From an uncultured Halothiobacillus sp. (GTDB taxonomy: Bacteria; Pseudomonadota; Gammaproteobacteria; Halothiobacillales; Halothiobacillaceae): a stretch of 64,000 nucleotides of DNA. The DNA lies in assembly GCA_964402435.1 (NCBI GenBank), contig CAYOCG010000007.1, positions 543 to 64,542 of the forward strand, written 5' to 3'. Below the pieces are notes generated by a model. It was not told the DNA's origin. It saw nothing but the letters and a program-made list of their open reading frames with translations, and did no database searches. The translations under genes and the position numbers were made by a program. Below are positions 61,590-64,000 of the stretch, piece by piece (position 1 is the first letter of the stretch; each line of letters begins with the position of its first letter).

Positions 61590-62480
61590 ATGCCCGATTG
61601 GCTCACCGCCCTGATCGCTGCACTGCGTCACGAACCCGGCCTCGCCGTGCCTTTGCTTATGGCGGCGGGGTTTTCGCTGTTTGGATTCGACCGTTTTCTG
61701 CGCTTGCAGAAACGGCGACGCCTAATCGAGGACACGCCCACCTCGCGCATTCGCTCGGCCGCACAGGGCTATGTCGAGCTGGAAGGCTATGTCAAAGCAC
61801 CGAATGAAAAGCCGCTCTACTCTCCCTTAACCCACACTGCGTGTGTCTGGTACCGCTTTGAGGTGGAAGAGCGGAACAAGGACGATCGCAGCACCACCAG
61901 CTGGTCAACCGTACGTAGCGGCACGAGCACACACCTCTTTCTGCTTGATGATCATACCGGGGAGTGTGTGGTTGATCCCGAGAAAGCCCTGGTGGAGCCC
62001 GCCTACAAGCGCGTATGGCAGGCGGGTGATTACCGCTACACCGAGGAATTGATCCTCCCCAATGAGCATCTTTACGCACTCGGCTGGCTGAAAAGTTACG
62101 ACCCGATGCACGCCTCGCCCAACGAATGGATACGTGACACCATCGTGGCGTGGAAACATGATCCGCAGAAGCGGCGCGAATTTGACACCAATCGCGACGG
62201 TCAGCTTGATGCCGATGAGTTCGAAGCGCTGCGCAAAGCCGCGACCAATGCGGCCATGCAGGAATTCAACGCTGAAATGCTCGCACGCAGCGTGCAGGGG
62301 CAAACCCACCTACTCAACGCCGGCGATCCAAGCGGGCGCCCGCTGCTGCTCTCCTCACACCCCCAACGCATGCTCGCCAAGCGGCTACGCCTGCATGCCT
62401 GGCTCTGGTTGGGTGGTGCGCTGATCCTTCTCGGCGGCCTGCTTTATTTTGTCGTCCACGTACTGCCCAAAAACTACTAA
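61590..62480 (+). CDS. GIDE-domain membrane protein with an EF-hand-like loop
   Basis: N- and C-terminal TM helices, GIDE-like core (GYVELEGYV...CVWYRFEVEE), and DTNRDGQLDADE (62184..62219), which matches the 12-residue EF-hand Ca-binding loop. Confidence 0.7.
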   Translation: MPDWLTALIAALRHEPGLAVPLLMAAGFSLFGFDRFLRLQKRRRLIEDTPTSRIRSAAQGYVELEGYVKAPNEKPLYSPLTHTACVWYRFEVEERNKDDRSTTSWSTVRSGTSTHLFLLDDHTGECVVDPEKALVEPAYKRVWQAGDYRYTEELILPNEHLYALGWLKSYDPMHASPNEWIRDTIVAWKHDPQKRREFDTNRDGQLDADEFEALRKAATNAAMQEFNAEMLARSVQGQTHLLNAGDPSGRPLLLSSHPQRMLAKRLRLHAWLWLGGALILLGGLLYFVVHVLPKNY

Positions 62481-62486
62481 ACCCGC

Positions 62487-63251
62487 ATGAAAATCGCCAC
62501 CTGGAACGTCAACTCCCTGCGCGTGCGCCTGCCGCATGTGCTCGACTGGCTGCAAAGCACGCAGCCCGATGTGCTTGCGCTGCAAGAAATCAAACTGACC
62601 AACGACCTCTTTCCGCACGATGCTCTGCGCGAAGCAGGCTATACCTGCAGCGTTTCTGGTCAGCCCACCTACAATGGCGTGGCGGTGCTGGCGCGCGAAC
62701 CGATGCACGAGGTGCTCACCGACATCCCGGGCTTTGATGACCCACAGCGCCGCGTGCTAGCCGCCACGGTCGGGGATACACGCGTCATTAACCTCTACGT
62801 GGTCAATGGCGAGGCCGTTGGCTCGGAAAAATACGCGTACAAGCTTGCCTGGCTGGACGCCTTGCACACCTGGCTGGCGGAGGAAATGCAACGCCACCCG
62901 CGCATGGTGGTGCTCGGTGACTTCAACATCGCCCCGGAGGATCGCGATGTGCATGACCCTGTCGCTTGGGCCGGCAAGATTCTCTGCTCGGATGCGGAGC
63001 GCGCCGCGCTGCAACGCTTGCAGGCACTGGGATTGAGCGATGTGTTTCGCCAATTTGACCAGGAGGATAAAACCTTCAGTTGGTGGGATTACCGCATGAA
63101 CGGCTTCAAGCGCAACCTGGGGTTGCGCATCGATCTCATCCTCGCCAGCCCGTCCATGACCGAGGCCTGCAAGGCAAGCTGGGTGGACAAAACCCCTCGC
63201 GGTTGGGAGCGTCCATCCGATCACGCGCCGGTGATTGCCGAATTTGCCTGA
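62487..63251 (+). CDS. xthA: exodeoxyribonuclease III
   Basis: MKIATWNVNSLRVR, LALQEIK, GDFNIAP and PSDHAPV motifs. Confidence 0.93.
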   Translation: MKIATWNVNSLRVRLPHVLDWLQSTQPDVLALQEIKLTNDLFPHDALREAGYTCSVSGQPTYNGVAVLAREPMHEVLTDIPGFDDPQRRVLAATVGDTRVINLYVVNGEAVGSEKYAYKLAWLDALHTWLAEEMQRHPRMVVLGDFNIAPEDRDVHDPVAWAGKILCSDAERAALQRLQALGLSDVFRQFDQEDKTFSWWDYRMNGFKRNLGLRIDLILASPSMTEACKASWVDKTPRGWERPSDHAPVIAEFA

Positions 63252-63370
63252 CGATGTGAAGCGCCAGTCAAGCAGCATCTTCGTTAAGTATTTCTGATAG
63301 GGCGTGTCACTTGTTTATCAACTTGCGCGCGCTATCCTCTGCGCCCTACTTTTGCAACGGAGCGTAGTGC

Positions 63371-63874
63371 ATGAAGCGTATTGAAAACTTTTTGGAAAAC
63401 AGCCTGTTCCAAAGCCGCTGGCTGATGGCGCCGGTGTATTTTGGCCTGGTGATTGCCATGGCCGTGCTGCTGTTCAAGTTCGGCAAGGAACTGCTGCACA
63501 TGATTTTGCACATCGGCAGCGCCGACAGTGGCGAGATCATCGTCGGCGTGCTGACCCTGGTGGATGTGGCGCTGATCATGAACCTGCTGATCATCATCAT
63601 TTTCAGCGGCTATGAAAACTTCGTCTCCAAGCTCGATCTGGACGACCACGAGGATCGCCCGGACTGGATGGGACACATTGGGTTTTCCGACCTGAAGATC
63701 AAGGTGATTGCCTCCATCGTCGCCATCTCGGGAATCGAGCTTTTGAAGGCGTTCATGCACGTCGATAACATCTCCGACCGCCATTTGGCCTGGATGATAG
63801 GCTTGCACGTCACCTTTGTCGTTTCGGGACTTGCTTTCGCGCTGATGGATCGCCTGGGCAGCAACGATCACTAA
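63371..63874 (+). CDS. yqhA: UPF0114 (YqhA) family membrane protein
   Basis: MKRIENFLENSLFQSRWLMAPVYFGL N-terminus; 167 aa. Confidence 0.85.
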   Translation: MKRIENFLENSLFQSRWLMAPVYFGLVIAMAVLLFKFGKELLHMILHIGSADSGEIIVGVLTLVDVALIMNLLIIIIFSGYENFVSKLDLDDHEDRPDWMGHIGFSDLKIKVIASIVAISGIELLKAFMHVDNISDRHLAWMIGLHVTFVVSGLAFALMDRLGSNDH

Positions 63875-63878
63875 AAGG

Positions 63879-64000
63879 TCACATCGAAAAACTGTCACGA
63901 GCGGGCGGAGTGCAAGGAGCCCCGCAGCGAATCCCCGAGACATATCAAGTAGATAGGCGAGGGGTGAGTGAGGAAGCGACGCAGCAATTCGCTCGCGCAG
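63879..64000 (+). repeat. Family-1 MITE-like element, copy C (truncated by the window end; internal deletion of about 21 bp)
   Basis: TCACATCGAAAAACTGTCACGAGCGGGCGGAGTGCAAGGAGCCCCGCAGCGAATCCCCGAGACATATCAAGT... aligns with copy B. It lacks the GGCTTGCGCCAGCTTCGCGTT segment. Confidence 0.8.

Noticed and set aside
60740-62480. Genomic island or integrated element at tRNA-Arg(CCG)
   Set aside because: No integrase, no direct repeat of the tRNA 3' end, and no phage or conjugation genes downstream. The following genes (lemA, GIDE, xthA, yqhA) look chromosomal, with mostly native composition.

Overview
GC-rich (hand-counted samples about 62-66% G+C) proteobacterial chromosomal segment, densely packed with mostly core genes on both strands. 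Gene content (EarP/EF-P, TsdBA-like cytochromes, yibN-grxC-secB-gpsA synteny) suggests a beta- or gammaproteobacterium, possibly a sulfur oxidiser, but the organism is not identified. Main blocks, in order: (1) cfa / DUF1365 / FAD-oxidoreductase / DUF3833 lipid-modification cluster; (2) cobalamin riboswitch with btuB-cobO-btuF; (3) trxB; (4) a divergent orphan PntB-like membrane protein; (5) a yfbR-dgt HD-hydrolase pair; (6) a complete F1Fo ATP synthase operon atpZ-I-B-E-F-H-A-G-D-C; (7) a tsdB-tsdA-like dihaem cytochrome pair; (8) a TPR protein, an ABC-2 exporter, a MASE1-PAS-GGDEF cyclase and comM/ubiK; (9) sigma-54-driven porin-glnK-amtB plus a second amt; (10) ctp/envC opposite an arsR(SqrR-like)-DUF2892-rhodanese-grxC-trxC-secB-gpsA block; (11) trmO, earP-efp, plsC, pgeF and def; (12) a lower-GC mazEF module; (13) rlmC-hemB and murI; (14) a Roadblock/LC7 + protoglobin + PAS trio; (15) proQ-ampG-rluD, tRNA-Arg(CCG), lemA-GIDE, xthA and yqhA. 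No rRNA, CRISPR array, transposase, integrase or prophage genes were seen. The signals worth following up are: two families of dispersed intergenic palindromic/MITE-like repeats (three copies each); the output-less sensor-module trio preceded by a G10 tract; the degenerate orphan PntB-like protein; and an SqrR/BigR-type regulator in a thiol/sulfur redox gene block. All family assignments come from motif recognition by eye; no searches were run.
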